Assembly: GCA_022447825.1 (NCBI GenBank) | Contig: JAKUTY010000001.1 | Coordinates: 4,599-68,598, forward strand | Source of the DNA: SAR202 cluster bacterium | GTDB lineage: Bacteria; Chloroflexota; Dehalococcoidia; Lucifugimonadales; UBA826 | DNA length: 64,000 nucleotides | Reading direction: 5' to 3' | Shown here: positions 19,824-29,975 of the stretch, piece by piece | How positions within the stretch are numbered: position 1 is the stretch's first letter | Layout: every line of letters starts with the position of its first letter | The notes under the pieces: model-generated | What the model was told of the DNA's origin: nothing | Database searches by the model: none | Seen by the model: the letters and a program-made list of their open reading frames with translations, nothing else | Position numbers and translations under genes: made by a program

Positions 19824-20981
19824 TTACCCTGCCAAAGATATAAACACACCAGCTATAACTGCAGAACCAATCACTCCAGCTACATTTGGTCCCATTGCAT
19901 GACTCAACAAATAAGTATCTGGATTTGATTTTTGTCCCATTTGATGTGAGATTCTAGCAGCCATAGGCACTGCAGATACTCCTGCAGAACCTATTAAAGG
20001 ATTAATTTTATTTGTAATAAATAAGTTCATAATTTTAGCAAAAAGTAAGCCCCCTAAAGTTCCAAAACTAAATGCAATTAAACCTAGTCCTAAAATCAAA
20101 ATTGTCTCCCATTGAAACATTCTTACAGCTGTCAACTGAGTACCAACTGTAATCATAAGAAATACAGTCGTAATATTTAAAATTTCGTTGGAAGCAGCAT
20201 TTGTAAGTCTAGGAACTACGTTACTTTCTTTAAACACATTCCCAATCATAAACATGGAAATTAAAGGAGCAGATTTAGGTACAATTAAGATTATTAAAGT
20301 CATTGCAAGCATTGGAAAAATAATCTTCTCTAACTTAGATACTTCACGTAGATCCTTCATAACAATCATTCTTTCAGTTTTTGTAGTCATTAACCTCATT
20401 AATGGAGGTTGAATAAATGCAACTGCTGCCATGTATGAATATGCTATTACCGCAGTAATTCCCAACAAATCTGGTGCAAGTCTTGAGGTCAAAAAGATAG
20501 TAGTGGGACCATCAGCACCTCCAATAATTGCTATAGAAGCGGCTTCTTTAATTCCAAAATTAAATCCGAAATCTCCTAAAATTATTGCTCCCCAAAAAGC
20601 AATAAATATGCCGATTTGAGAAGCTGCACCTAACAATAATGTTTTTGGATTGGCAATAATAGGTCCAAAATCTGTAAGTGCTCCTATTCCCAAAAAAATT
20701 ATTGGCGGCAGAATATTCCAATAAGAAAGGCCATAATGAAATAGTACTCCAAAAATACCAGCTTCCTGAAAACCTGAACCATCATTTGGGATAACCATCA
20801 ATCCAGTTAAAGGAAGATTTGCTATCAAAATTCCTAGTCCCATAGGAAGGAGTTCATATGGCTCCCAATCTTTTGATACTGCTAAATATATAAAGATCGC
20901 TCCAATAATTATCATTACTAGATGACGATAATCTAATTGACTAAAACCGGTAGTATTAAAAAAATCAGATAATTCATTCAT
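19824..20981 (-). CDS. Na+-translocating decarboxylase beta subunit (OadB/MmdB/GcdB family)
   Basis: Polytopic membrane protein with family motifs IIGGADGPT and GSAGVSAVPMAAR. Confidence 0.9.
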   Translation of the reverse strand: MNELSDFFNTTGFSQLDYRHLVMIIIGAIFIYLAVSKDWEPYELLPMGLGILIANLPLTGLMVIPNDGSGFQEAGIFGVLFHYGLSYWNILPPIIFLGIGALTDFGPIIANPKTLLLGAASQIGIFIAFWGAIILGDFGFNFGIKEAASIAIIGGADGPTTIFLTSRLAPDLLGITAVIAYSYMAAVAFIQPPLMRLMTTKTERMIVMKDLREVSKLEKIIFPMLAMTLIILIVPKSAPLISMFMIGNVFKESNVVPRLTNAASNEILNITTVFLMITVGTQLTAVRMFQWETILILGLGLIAFSFGTLGGLLFAKIMNLFITNKINPLIGSAGVSAVPMAARISHQMGQKSNPDTYLLSHAMGPNVAGVIGSAVIAGVFISLAG

Positions 20982-20992
20982 ATTAAAAAGCT

Positions 20993-21211
20993 CTAGTTAT
21001 TTTCCTCAGACAAATAAGCTGCAGATGCTATAGTGGCAGCAAATGCTTTTTTCTTGATCTCCTCAGGGTCTCTAGGAGACAGTATTTTAGCAATTACTTT
21101 AATTGCGACTCTAATAAGTTCAATAAAAATTATTAATAAAAATAACAAACAAAATGTAATTAATAAACCTATTAACGTAATATTTATTTCTTGATTAAAA
21201 TTTTCGATAAT
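20993..21211 (-). CDS. OadG-like small single-pass subunit of the Na+-decarboxylase (not in ORF track; start codon uncertain)
   Basis: The frame immediately upstream of the beta subunit reads ..NQEINITLIGLLITFCLLFLLIIFIELIRVAIKVIAKILSPRDPEEIKKKAFAATIASAAYLSEENN*. This gives one TM helix plus an AAxIAxA tail, as in OadG. The only canonical in-frame start (TTG) falls inside the TM helix. Confidence 0.5.
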   Translation of the reverse strand: MIENFNQEINITLIGLLITFCLLFLLIIFIELIRVAIKVIAKILSPRDPEEIKKKAFAATIASAAYLSEENN

Positions 21212-21268
21212 GCACCATTTATAATTGATAGAAACATAGGGATTCTACACCATTTAGGAGTAGCGTGA

Positions 21269-21826
21269 ATGAATAAAAATCAAACACCAAATTTTATGTA
21301 TTTTGCCCTGAAATCAGCTTTATTGGATAAAAATATATATAGAAATTTTATTCAAAAAGAAGAAGTATCCATTTATTCTTTAATCATTGTATCAATCTCA
21401 GCTTTGAGTGTATCAATTGGAATTCAATATAGGTCTAGATCAATAGATTTATCAGAAATAGGAATAGATAGCTATTTAATTATGATGATGGCTGCAAGCT
21501 CTATTTTTGTAGGATGGATGCTATGGGCTTATGTATCAAAAGTATTATGTTCATACTGGGGAGACGAAAACGATGATTTTAGAAAATCAATTAGAACAAT
21601 AGGCATTGCATATAGCCCAGGAATTTTAATGATATTTACTGGAATACCTATTGTAGGCCCTTTATTTATGTTTGTAGCTTCAATTTGGATTTTAATTTCA
21701 GTTACCGTAGCAATTTCAGCTGTGAATAAAATTGGAATTATTAAAAGCCTGATACCCGGGATTTTAGGTTGGATAATGTCATGGATCTTAGTTCCTTGGT
21801 TGATCGTTGGACAATACATTTTCTAA
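21269..21826 (+). CDS. Yip1-like / hypothetical integral membrane protein
   Basis: Five predicted TM segments after a short polar N-terminus. AGGAG lies 8 nt upstream of the ATG. The family assignment is tentative. Confidence 0.4.
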   Translation: MNKNQTPNFMYFALKSALLDKNIYRNFIQKEEVSIYSLIIVSISALSVSIGIQYRSRSIDLSEIGIDSYLIMMMAASSIFVGWMLWAYVSKVLCSYWGDENDDFRKSIRTIGIAYSPGILMIFTGIPIVGPLFMFVASIWILISVTVAISAVNKIGIIKSLIPGILGWIMSWILVPWLIVGQYIF

Positions 21827-22614
21827 GAAAAAGTAGCTTCTATACTCTCCCATCTTTTAGATAATAATTTTTTTGTGTTATTGAAAATAATTCTTTCTAC
21901 TTCTTGAGCAGATAAATCTTTCAATTCAGCAATTTTCAACAATATTGATCTCAAATGTCTAGGTTCAGTCCAATTTTCTCGGTTTTTCTTAAAAGGCTGG
22001 GGAGCAGAATCTGTTTCAATCACAATATGTTCCAATGAAATTTTTTTTACCACATCCTGTAACTCATCAATTCTAAATAATGGCCTAGCGATCGATATAT
22101 AAAAGCCAGAGTCTATTGCAGTTTGTGCATCATAGAGACTTCCTTGAAAATAATGCATGACTCCTCCAACTTCGAAGGCTCTTTCCTCTCTTAAAACTCT
22201 AAAACAATCATTATGAGCATCTCTGCTATGAAATATAATAGGAAGTTTAAAGTCTCTTGCTATAGAAATCTGCTTTCTAAAGGCATCAAATTGCCATGCT
22301 CTATCAGGCATATCAGGTAAATAATCTAGTCCAATTTCACTCATAACAATCACTTTTTCATGATTGGAAACTAAATCTCTTAATTCATTATCATGGTTTT
22401 TACTAAATGGCTCAATTAAATCCATAGGATGTATGCCTACACCAGTAAAAAATTGTGGGAAAATTTTTGAATATTCAATATTCTTTTTCGAAGACTCTAT
22501 AGTTGTTCCTGCAGAAATTACAATTTTCACATCGTCATTAGTAGCACGATATAAAATTTCTTCAATTTCTATCTTTGAAAATGGATCTAAATGTACATGA
22601 GTGTCAATTAACAT
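21823..22614 (-). CDS. tatD: TatD-family metal-dependent hydrolase (DNase)
   Basis: N-terminal MLIDTHVHLD. The His/Glu/Asp metal-ligand pattern runs along a TIM-barrel-sized 263-aa protein. Confidence 0.9.
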   Translation of the reverse strand: MLIDTHVHLDPFSKIEIEEILYRATNDDVKIVISAGTTIESSKKNIEYSKIFPQFFTGVGIHPMDLIEPFSKNHDNELRDLVSNHEKVIVMSEIGLDYLPDMPDRAWQFDAFRKQISIARDFKLPIIFHSRDAHNDCFRVLREERAFEVGGVMHYFQGSLYDAQTAIDSGFYISIARPLFRIDELQDVVKKISLEHIVIETDSAPQPFKKNRENWTEPRHLRSILLKIAELKDLSAQEVERIIFNNTKKLLSKRWESIEATFS

Positions 22615-22649
22615 AAATCAAATTACCGCAAAGTGATTATACTATTAGT

Positions 22650-24260
22650 ATGAAATCCAAGAAATGGTGGAGTATACAATTATCCCTAGTAACAATTATA
22701 TTTTTAATTATCATAATTTTATCTAATTGTTCATATGATGATTCCATCATAAATTCAGATGGAGTTCAACCAATTAATATCAAACAAAAATTTCCTGAAA
22801 ACTTTCAATTGGGTGGAACTTTAAGATTATCTTCTAACAATTTTTTTAATTCGTTGGATCCACATAATGATTCTAATATTTCAGACTCTTCATGGGGACC
22901 AGGATTAATATATGACAGAATGTTTCAATATAAACATGGAAAAAACATATATCTACCATCATTAGAGTCTGAATGTCTCTTGTGTACTAAATGGTCTTTA
23001 GATAGTGAAAATAATTTCACTTTTACTGTTCCTGACAACTTAACTTGGAATACTAATCCTCCTACACCATTAACTACCTCAGACATAGAATTCAGTATCA
23101 ATAGAATAAAGAATCATCAAAATCATGATTTTCTCCATATGATTGAATCAATAGACACCTCAACTAAAAATCAAATTTCTTTCCAGTTGAGGTACTCTGA
23201 CTCTGATTTTATTATGGCTTTGACAGATACTAGGAATAAAATTATTTCAAAAAATCTAACGATAAATTCTGATGTCTTCTCTATTAACAATTCAATTGGA
23301 TCAAATTCTTGGGCTATTGAAAAATTTATACCCAACACAAAAACTACTTTATTAAATTTACGTAAAAACGACGACCAGCCATTTGTAGATTCAATCGAAA
23401 TCAATGTACTACCAGACTACCAAACTAGATTAAGTGCGTATATGGTCGGATTAATTGATGTATATGAGATAGAAAACTTTGAACATACACTTAAAAATCC
23501 ACCCTTGTACGAGAATAAATTAGATGTACTTGAACCAAGTACAGGAATTTCTCTAGCATTTAACACATCTAAGTTTCCATTTAATAACAGGTATTTTAGA
23601 AATGCTATTGTTAATTCAATCAATCTAAATGAAATACAAAGACATAATCAATATTTTGCATTAGGCATGCCTTTAATAAATCAAAAATGGCAAATTAATC
23701 AAAATGAATGGAATTCTAAATTCAATAATCCCACTCAATTTTCAGAAAATCTCACATTATCTGAAGTTGAAATGCCAATGACTATCAAAATTTTAACTAC
23801 TGAAAACACTCAAACAGATTCTCAAATTACGGATATTATATCCAAACAACTTACTTCAAACGGATTCACAGTAGAAACTACAATACTTAACAATAGAGAT
23901 TATGCTAAAAAAACTTGGGACCAAAAAGATTTTGACGTATCTTTAGGGCCACAATTTCCACAGATATCTCCCAACTCATTTCTTTTTTCTATAATGCACA
24001 GTCAAGGTAAATTAAATTCTACAAACACATATAACATTAAATTAGATAAGTTAATTGAACAGCAATCTCAAACATATGATTCAGAAGATAGAGAAAAGAT
24101 TATCCAAGAAATTAATTCCATTTTGTTTGATGAAATGTATAGATTCATGATTAAACCTGAAATTTCTTCATGGACATGGAATAATTCATTGAATAATGTA
24201 TTCCCAAATTTTTACTCACAAGAATACAAACACTGGGATAAAATCTGGATAGAGAGATAA
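22650..24260 (+). CDS. ABC-transporter substrate-binding protein, family 5 (peptide/nickel type), secreted
   Basis: N-terminal signal/anchor helix. Its size and scattered SBP_bac_5-like segments fit the family. It is an orphan, with no adjacent permeases. Confidence 0.55.
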   Translation: MKSKKWWSIQLSLVTIIFLIIIILSNCSYDDSIINSDGVQPINIKQKFPENFQLGGTLRLSSNNFFNSLDPHNDSNISDSSWGPGLIYDRMFQYKHGKNIYLPSLESECLLCTKWSLDSENNFTFTVPDNLTWNTNPPTPLTTSDIEFSINRIKNHQNHDFLHMIESIDTSTKNQISFQLRYSDSDFIMALTDTRNKIISKNLTINSDVFSINNSIGSNSWAIEKFIPNTKTTLLNLRKNDDQPFVDSIEINVLPDYQTRLSAYMVGLIDVYEIENFEHTLKNPPLYENKLDVLEPSTGISLAFNTSKFPFNNRYFRNAIVNSINLNEIQRHNQYFALGMPLINQKWQINQNEWNSKFNNPTQFSENLTLSEVEMPMTIKILTTENTQTDSQITDIISKQLTSNGFTVETTILNNRDYAKKTWDQKDFDVSLGPQFPQISPNSFLFSIMHSQGKLNSTNTYNIKLDKLIEQQSQTYDSEDREKIIQEINSILFDEMYRFMIKPEISSWTWNNSLNNVFPNFYSQEYKHWDKIWIER

Positions 24261-24261
24261 A

Positions 24262-24690
24262 TTAAATAAAATTCTCTAATGCAGAACAAGATAACAAAGC
24301 ACACTTAATTCTAATCGGAAAAGATCTAACATCGTATAACACATAAATATCACTTTGATCATCAAAACTTCTACGATCATTAGTCTGCATATCTAATCTG
24401 AAAAGTTCAGTAAAATAGGCCACTTCTTCAATAGACATCCCTTTAATATGCTCTGAAATTATAGAACCTGATGCAAGATTTATTGCACATCCATCACCCT
24501 CAAAAGTAATTTCTTCTATAACATTTTGATCGTTTACATTTAAATTAAAATGAATTTCATCTCCACAAAAAGGGTTGATTGCGCTTCCAGAAAAATTAAT
24601 TTTAGAAATTGGTGAATAATTTCTTGGATTTCTGCAATGATCTAAAATTGTTGAATTTTTGTATAAATTGTCTAATTTAATTTGATCCAT
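24262..24690 (-). CDS. SufU/IscU-like Fe-S scaffold or sulfur-acceptor, second divergent copy
   Basis: Conserved NPFCGDE, GDGCAI and IKCA cysteine motifs. Probable start is ATG 24690 (MDQIKLD...), which overlaps the end of sufS. Confidence 0.75.
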   Translation of the reverse strand: MDQIKLDNLYKNSTILDHCRNPRNYSPISKINFSGSAINPFCGDEIHFNLNVNDQNVIEEITFEGDGCAINLASGSIISEHIKGMSIEEVAYFTELFRLDMQTNDRRSFDDQSDIYVLYDVRSFPIRIKCALLSCSALENFI

Positions 24691-25918
24691 CGCTAAAATA
24701 CCTGATAGCAGATTTAATTCCCTCAATTAGCATATCAACTTCATCCAAAGTATTGTATACATAGAAACTTGCTCTAGCTGTAGCAGAAACACCTAAACTT
24801 CTAATTAACGGCATTGCACAGTGATGACCTGTTCTAACAGCAATACCAAGCCCATCCAAAATGGTGCCTAAATCATGTGGGTGAATATTTGGAATATGGA
24901 ATGAAAAAACAGCACCTTTTAGGTCAGAGGATTTAGGACCAAATAAGGTAACACCCTCAGATTCTAATTCTTGAAATTTTTGTAATCCATAAGAAGTAAT
25001 AGTTTTTTCATAATCATGAATATTTCCCATTCCAATGTTTTGTAAATAATCTACTGCAGCACCTAATGCGATAGAATCAGCAATATTAGGAGTTCCAGCC
25101 TCAAATTTCATAGGAATATCAGCCCAAGAAGCTTTTTCATAAGTCACTTCTAAAACCATTTCTCCACCTGTAAAAACAGGGTCCATTTTTTCCAAAATCT
25201 CCATTTTTCCATACAAAACACCTATTCCAGTGGGACCCATCATTTTGTGACCTGAAAAGACAAAAAAATCGCAATCAAGTTCTTGTACGTCTACTAGCAT
25301 ATGCGGAACACTTTGAGCTCCATCCAACACAAATAATGCCCCCACTTCATGAGCTTTATCGCACAATTGTTTTACTGGATTAATAGTCCCTAAAGCATTA
25401 GATACATGAACAATAGAAACCAGTTTAGTGTTTGAAGTCATTAATTCATCAATATTAGACAGATCTAATGTACCATCTTCATTTAATGACAAATATTTGA
25501 TTTTTGCACCCTTTGCTCTAGCTAATTCTTGCCAAGGAATTAGGTTACTGTGATGTTCCATTGGTGACAATAAAATTTCATCACCTTCACTTATATTTTT
25601 ATATCCCCAAGAGTAGCTGATTATGTTCAAGCTCTCCGAAGCATTTCTAGTCCAAATAATAGATTGAGGAGTTTCCGAATTGATAAATGAAGAAATCTTT
25701 TGTCTAGCTTCCTCAAACTGATCAGTAGCCTCCATACTAAGAGTATGAACTCCTCTGTGAACGTTAGAATTATAATTCTCATAGAAATCCACTAAAGAAT
25801 TAATTACTGAACGAGGCTTATGGGTGGTAGCTGCATTATCCAAATAAACTAATTGATGACCATTTATCTTTTTAGATAAAATTGGAAAATCATTTCTAAT
25901 TTTATTAATGTTAATCAT
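24677..25918 (-). CDS. sufS: Cysteine desulfurase SufS (class II aminotransferase V)
   Basis: PLP lysine motif FSGHKMMGPTGIG and catalytic loop RTGHHCAMP. Confidence 0.95.
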   Translation of the reverse strand: MININKIRNDFPILSKKINGHQLVYLDNAATTHKPRSVINSLVDFYENYNSNVHRGVHTLSMEATDQFEEARQKISSFINSETPQSIIWTRNASESLNIISYSWGYKNISEGDEILLSPMEHHSNLIPWQELARAKGAKIKYLSLNEDGTLDLSNIDELMTSNTKLVSIVHVSNALGTINPVKQLCDKAHEVGALFVLDGAQSVPHMLVDVQELDCDFFVFSGHKMMGPTGIGVLYGKMEILEKMDPVFTGGEMVLEVTYEKASWADIPMKFEAGTPNIADSIALGAAVDYLQNIGMGNIHDYEKTITSYGLQKFQELESEGVTLFGPKSSDLKGAVFSFHIPNIHPHDLGTILDGLGIAVRTGHHCAMPLIRSLGVSATARASFYVYNTLDEVDMLIEGIKSAIRYFSDGSN

Positions 25919-25929
25919 TATTAAACCTA

Positions 25930-26394
25930 TTATTCAGTAGAAACTGATTTATCTTTTTCTGTTAAAGCTGTATGAAAAGTATGCCATGCTAAAGTAGCGC
26001 ACTTTATTCGAGCAGGGAATTGTGAAACTCCACTCAAAATTTCTAAATCTCCCAAAATTTCACTAGAAAAATCTTCTCCTGGTTTTCTAGTAAGCATCTG
26101 TCTAAAAGATTCAAAAATTTGTATAGCATCTGAAACGTTTTTACCTTTAACTCCATCTGTAAGCATTGAAGCTGAGGATTTAGAAATAGCACAACCATCA
26201 CCATTAAAACTTATATCAACGATCTGATCATCAACTAATTCTAAATATACGTTAATTTCATCTCCACACAGGGGGTTAAACCCATTTGCAAAAGAGGTAG
26301 GGTTTTCAAGTTCCCCAAAGTTTCTAGGCCTTCTATTATGGTCCATTACAATTTCTTGGTATAGTTCTTGAAAATCATTCATTTTAAAACTCAA
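25930..26394 (-). CDS. sufU: SufU-type Fe-S cluster assembly sulfur-transfer protein
   Basis: HNRRPRNFG, NPLCGDE, GDGCAISKSSASM and RIKCATLAW motifs. Confidence 0.85.
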   Translation of the reverse strand: MSFKMNDFQELYQEIVMDHNRRPRNFGELENPTSFANGFNPLCGDEINVYLELVDDQIVDISFNGDGCAISKSSASMLTDGVKGKNVSDAIQIFESFRQMLTRKPGEDFSSEILGDLEILSGVSQFPARIKCATLAWHTFHTALTEKDKSVSTE

Positions 26395-27667
26395 ACTTAT
26401 AACTTGGTAATGATTCTAAAAATTTTTGTTCTATAAAATTTTTCAGTTCAGTTTCTTCTACAAAAGAAATAATTTCATCAGCAAATCCATAAATAAGCAA
26501 TTTACTAGCAGCCTCCAAATCAATACCCCTACTTCTCATATAAAAAACTGAATCCTCATCTATATTTCCTGCTGTAGCCCCATGAGCACACTGAACATCA
26601 TCAGCATATATAAATAAAGCAGGTTTACTGTCTACTTCAGCTTGATCGGAAAGAATTAAATTTTTATCAGATTGAACTGAAAAAGTTTTTTGAGCCTCTT
26701 TTCTAACAAGTACAGTCCCACCAAATACAGCCTTAGATTTCCCAGACAATATCCCTTTATAAAACAGATTGCTGGAACTGTTAGGTTTAGCGTGATCAAT
26801 ATTAATAAAGTTATCCATATGTTGTTCATCAGAAGTGACATACAACCCCTTCAAATCACAATGAGACCTTTCCCCGTCAACTAAAACATTTAAATCATAT
26901 CTTCCGATATTTGCACCTCTAAAAAATGATGAAGAATAAAATTCAGTATCATCACTTAATCTCACTCGTCCGTACCCAACGTTATACGTATTATTACTCT
27001 CAGACATTAGCCTATAGTGAGTGATTTTTGCAGAAGATTTAAGCTCCATTTCTGTAACTGAGTTAGTTAAACTGTTTTGATTACTTCCACCCACATAACT
27101 TTCTATAATTACAGACGATGAATTCTCTTCAGCAGTTATATGCAATCTAGGATTATTAAATTCCAATTCAGTTCCTGAGTTATAAAAAATAATATTCAAT
27201 ACTTTACTGGTATCAAACGAATCTTCTATAGATACAATCAGTCCATCAGATAAAAAAGCAGAATTTAACGCAGCAAAACCATCATCAGAAAAATCAATCA
27301 ATTCCCCTATACTATTTTCAGATAAACCTAAAGATGATACTGAGATACCAGAATCAGGAATGTTAGAAATGTTTTTATTAATAAACCCATCTACAAAAAC
27401 AATGTTATACCAATCATCTGACCATGGAGCTTGTTTCTTAATTTCATCAATATTGATGTCTTTAGGTTTTGAAAGTAAGAAAACATTATTTACAATTGGA
27501 GAAACACTCGTGTATTTCCATTTTTCATTTCCTTTTCTTGAAACTGGAAATCCTATTTCACGGAGTGTATTAAAAGCTTCTAATTTTAAAGATCGCAACC
27601 ATTCTTGCTCTGATTGATTTTGAGATACAAATTGTTCATCTAAAGAAGATAAATATTCCTTGAGCAT
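26384..27667 (-). CDS. sufD: Fe-S cluster assembly protein SufD
   Basis: SufB/SufD-family beta-helix with C-terminal ...GATAGNIDEDSVFYMRSRGI.... Sits between sufC and sufU. Confidence 0.85.
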   Translation of the reverse strand: MLKEYLSSLDEQFVSQNQSEQEWLRSLKLEAFNTLREIGFPVSRKGNEKWKYTSVSPIVNNVFLLSKPKDINIDEIKKQAPWSDDWYNIVFVDGFINKNISNIPDSGISVSSLGLSENSIGELIDFSDDGFAALNSAFLSDGLIVSIEDSFDTSKVLNIIFYNSGTELEFNNPRLHITAEENSSSVIIESYVGGSNQNSLTNSVTEMELKSSAKITHYRLMSESNNTYNVGYGRVRLSDDTEFYSSSFFRGANIGRYDLNVLVDGERSHCDLKGLYVTSDEQHMDNFINIDHAKPNSSSNLFYKGILSGKSKAVFGGTVLVRKEAQKTFSVQSDKNLILSDQAEVDSKPALFIYADDVQCAHGATAGNIDEDSVFYMRSRGIDLEAASKLLIYGFADEIISFVEETELKNFIEQKFLESLPSYKFEF

Positions 27668-27670
27668 TAC

Positions 27671-28450
27671 TTAATTACCTGACGAAATAGATTCTTTAAT
27701 CCACTCGTACCCTTTTTCTTCTAATTCCAAAGCAAGATTACCATCACCTGACTTTACAATATTTCCATCAACCAAAACATGAACAAAATCAGGTTTAATG
27801 TAATCTAAAATTCTCTGGTAATGAGTAACTATAAGTACAGCATTACTTTCAGATTTAAATTCATTGACTCCATTAGATACAATTCTTAATGCATCTATAT
27901 CTAGCCCTGAATCAGTTTCATCTAACAAGGCAAAAGTAGGATTAAGAAGAGACAATTGCATAATTTCATTTCTTTTCTTCTCTCCTCCAGAAAATCCTTC
28001 ATTTACAGATCTTTTGACTAAATCAGGATTCATTTCAACTTTATTTCGATGAACTTCTAACAATTGGTCAAATTCTTTTACCCCAAGTTCCTTTTCTCCG
28101 TTCTCTTTTCTAATAGCATCAACTGAAGATTTTAAAAATTGCCATGTTCTAACTCCAGGTAATTCAACTGGATATTGGAAGGCTAAAAAAATTCCTTTTC
28201 TAGCTCTAATTTCTGGAAGTTCTTCATTAATATTTTCACCTAAATATTCAATAGAACCACTTGTTATGGAATATCCTGGCCTACCAGAAAGCACATTTGC
28301 TAATGTACTTTTACCAGAACCATTGGGTCCCATAATTGCATGAACCTCACCTAAATTAACAGACAAGTTAATGCCTTTTAAAATTTCTTTATCGTCAATT
28401 GACACATGTAGATCATTGACGTTCAAAAGTTTTTTGTTCCTATCATTCAT
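27671..28450 (-). CDS. sufC: Fe-S cluster assembly ATPase SufC
   Basis: Walker A GPNGSGKST, ABC signature FSGGEKKR, Walker B LLDETDSGLD. Probable ATG is 28450; the ORF track starts at TTG 28462. Confidence 0.95.
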   Translation of the reverse strand: MNDRNKKLLNVNDLHVSIDDKEILKGINLSVNLGEVHAIMGPNGSGKSTLANVLSGRPGYSITSGSIEYLGENINEELPEIRARKGIFLAFQYPVELPGVRTWQFLKSSVDAIRKENGEKELGVKEFDQLLEVHRNKVEMNPDLVKRSVNEGFSGGEKKRNEIMQLSLLNPTFALLDETDSGLDIDALRIVSNGVNEFKSESNAVLIVTHYQRILDYIKPDFVHVLVDGNIVKSGDGNLALELEEKGYEWIKESISSGN

Positions 28451-28454
28451 AATT

Positions 28455-29918
28455 TTACCCAACTGTTCCTTCTAAACTAACTCTTAGTAACTGAGACGCT
28501 TCCATTGCAAACTCAAATGGTAATTCTTTAAAAATACCTCTGCAAAAGCCATTAATTATCATATAGTTTGCTTCTTCTAAATCTATGCCTCTTTGCTGAA
28601 GGTAAAATAACTGGTCATCATTTACTTTAGATGTAGTAGCTTCATGCCCCATTTCAGCTGAAGGGTTTCTAACTTCAATGTAAGGAACAGTATGTGCACC
28701 ACACTCATCCCCTATTAGCAATGAATCACATTGAGTGAAGTTTTTAGCATTATGGGCATTTGGCAAGATTGAAACTTGACCTCTATAAGTGTTTTGAGCT
28801 TTACCTGCTGAAATACCTTTTGCAATAATTGTACTCTTAGTATTTTTTCCAACATGAATCATTTTAGTACCTGTATCAGCCTGTTGAAAATTATTCACAA
28901 GAGCTACAGAATAAAATTCACCAGTAGAATTATCGCCCTGTAAAATTACACTTGGATATTTCCATGTAATTGCAGATCCAGTTTCCACTTGAGTCCACGA
29001 AATTTTAGAGTTCTCTCCTCTAGCTGCTCCACGTTTTGTAACAAAATTGTATACACCACCATTTCCTTCTTTATCACCAGGATACCAATTCTGAAGAGTA
29101 GAATATTTGATCTCTGCATCTTTAAGGGCCACTAATTCAACTACAGCAGCATGCAACTGATGGGTTTTCCTCATCGGTGCGGTGCACCCTTCTAAATAAC
29201 TTACGTAACTACCTTCATCTGCAATGATCAAGGTTCTCTCAAATTGACCAGAATCAACTTCATTAATTCTGAAATACGTCATTAATTCTATTGGGCACCT
29301 AACTCCAGGAGGTACATAAACAAACGATCCGTCACTGAACACGGCCGAATTTAAAGTTGCATAAAAATTATCACTATAAGGAACAACAGAACCCAAATAC
29401 TTCTTAACTAACTCAGGATATTTTTGAACTGCCTCACTGATTGGACAAAAGATAACTCCAGCCTCTTTCAACATATCTTGATAAGTAGTAGCTACTGAGA
29501 CACTATCTAAAACTGCATCAACAGCAACTCCAGACAGTTTTTTTTGCTCTTCAAGTGGAATGCCTAACTTGTCAAAAGCTTCTATTAGTTCTGGATCAAC
29601 TTCATCTAAACTTTTAGGAGCATCATCTTGTGATTTTGGAGCTGCATAATAGACGATATCCTGAAAATTAATCTCAGGGAAATCAACATTCGCCCAGTTT
29701 GGGGATGAAGAAACTCCCTCTTTTTCCCATAGTTCAAATGCCTTTAAACGCCAATCTAACATCCATTGGGGTTCATTTTTTTTATTAGAGATAAATTTGA
29801 CAATATCTTTATTTAAACCCTTAGGAGCTAAATCTGACTCTATATCAAATTCAAATCCCCATTTGTACTGCTGGTCTTCTACTCCAGTTTCACGAGAAAT
29901 AACTTTCTGTTTTTGCAT
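28455..29918 (-). CDS. sufB: Fe-S cluster assembly scaffold SufB
   Basis: Highly conserved SufB segments ([42 protein letters not shown]). Confidence 0.95.
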   Translation of the reverse strand: MQKQKVISRETGVEDQQYKWGFEFDIESDLAPKGLNKDIVKFISNKKNEPQWMLDWRLKAFELWEKEGVSSSPNWANVDFPEINFQDIVYYAAPKSQDDAPKSLDEVDPELIEAFDKLGIPLEEQKKLSGVAVDAVLDSVSVATTYQDMLKEAGVIFCPISEAVQKYPELVKKYLGSVVPYSDNFYATLNSAVFSDGSFVYVPPGVRCPIELMTYFRINEVDSGQFERTLIIADEGSYVSYLEGCTAPMRKTHQLHAAVVELVALKDAEIKYSTLQNWYPGDKEGNGGVYNFVTKRGAARGENSKISWTQVETGSAITWKYPSVILQGDNSTGEFYSVALVNNFQQADTGTKMIHVGKNTKSTIIAKGISAGKAQNTYRGQVSILPNAHNAKNFTQCDSLLIGDECGAHTVPYIEVRNPSAEMGHEATTSKVNDDQLFYLQQRGIDLEEANYMIINGFCRGIFKELPFEFAMEASQLLRVSLEGTVG

Positions 29919-29975
29919 AAAATTTATCCTGCTCTATTTATCGTACTTTCATTATCAACTGATCAATTTAAAGAA

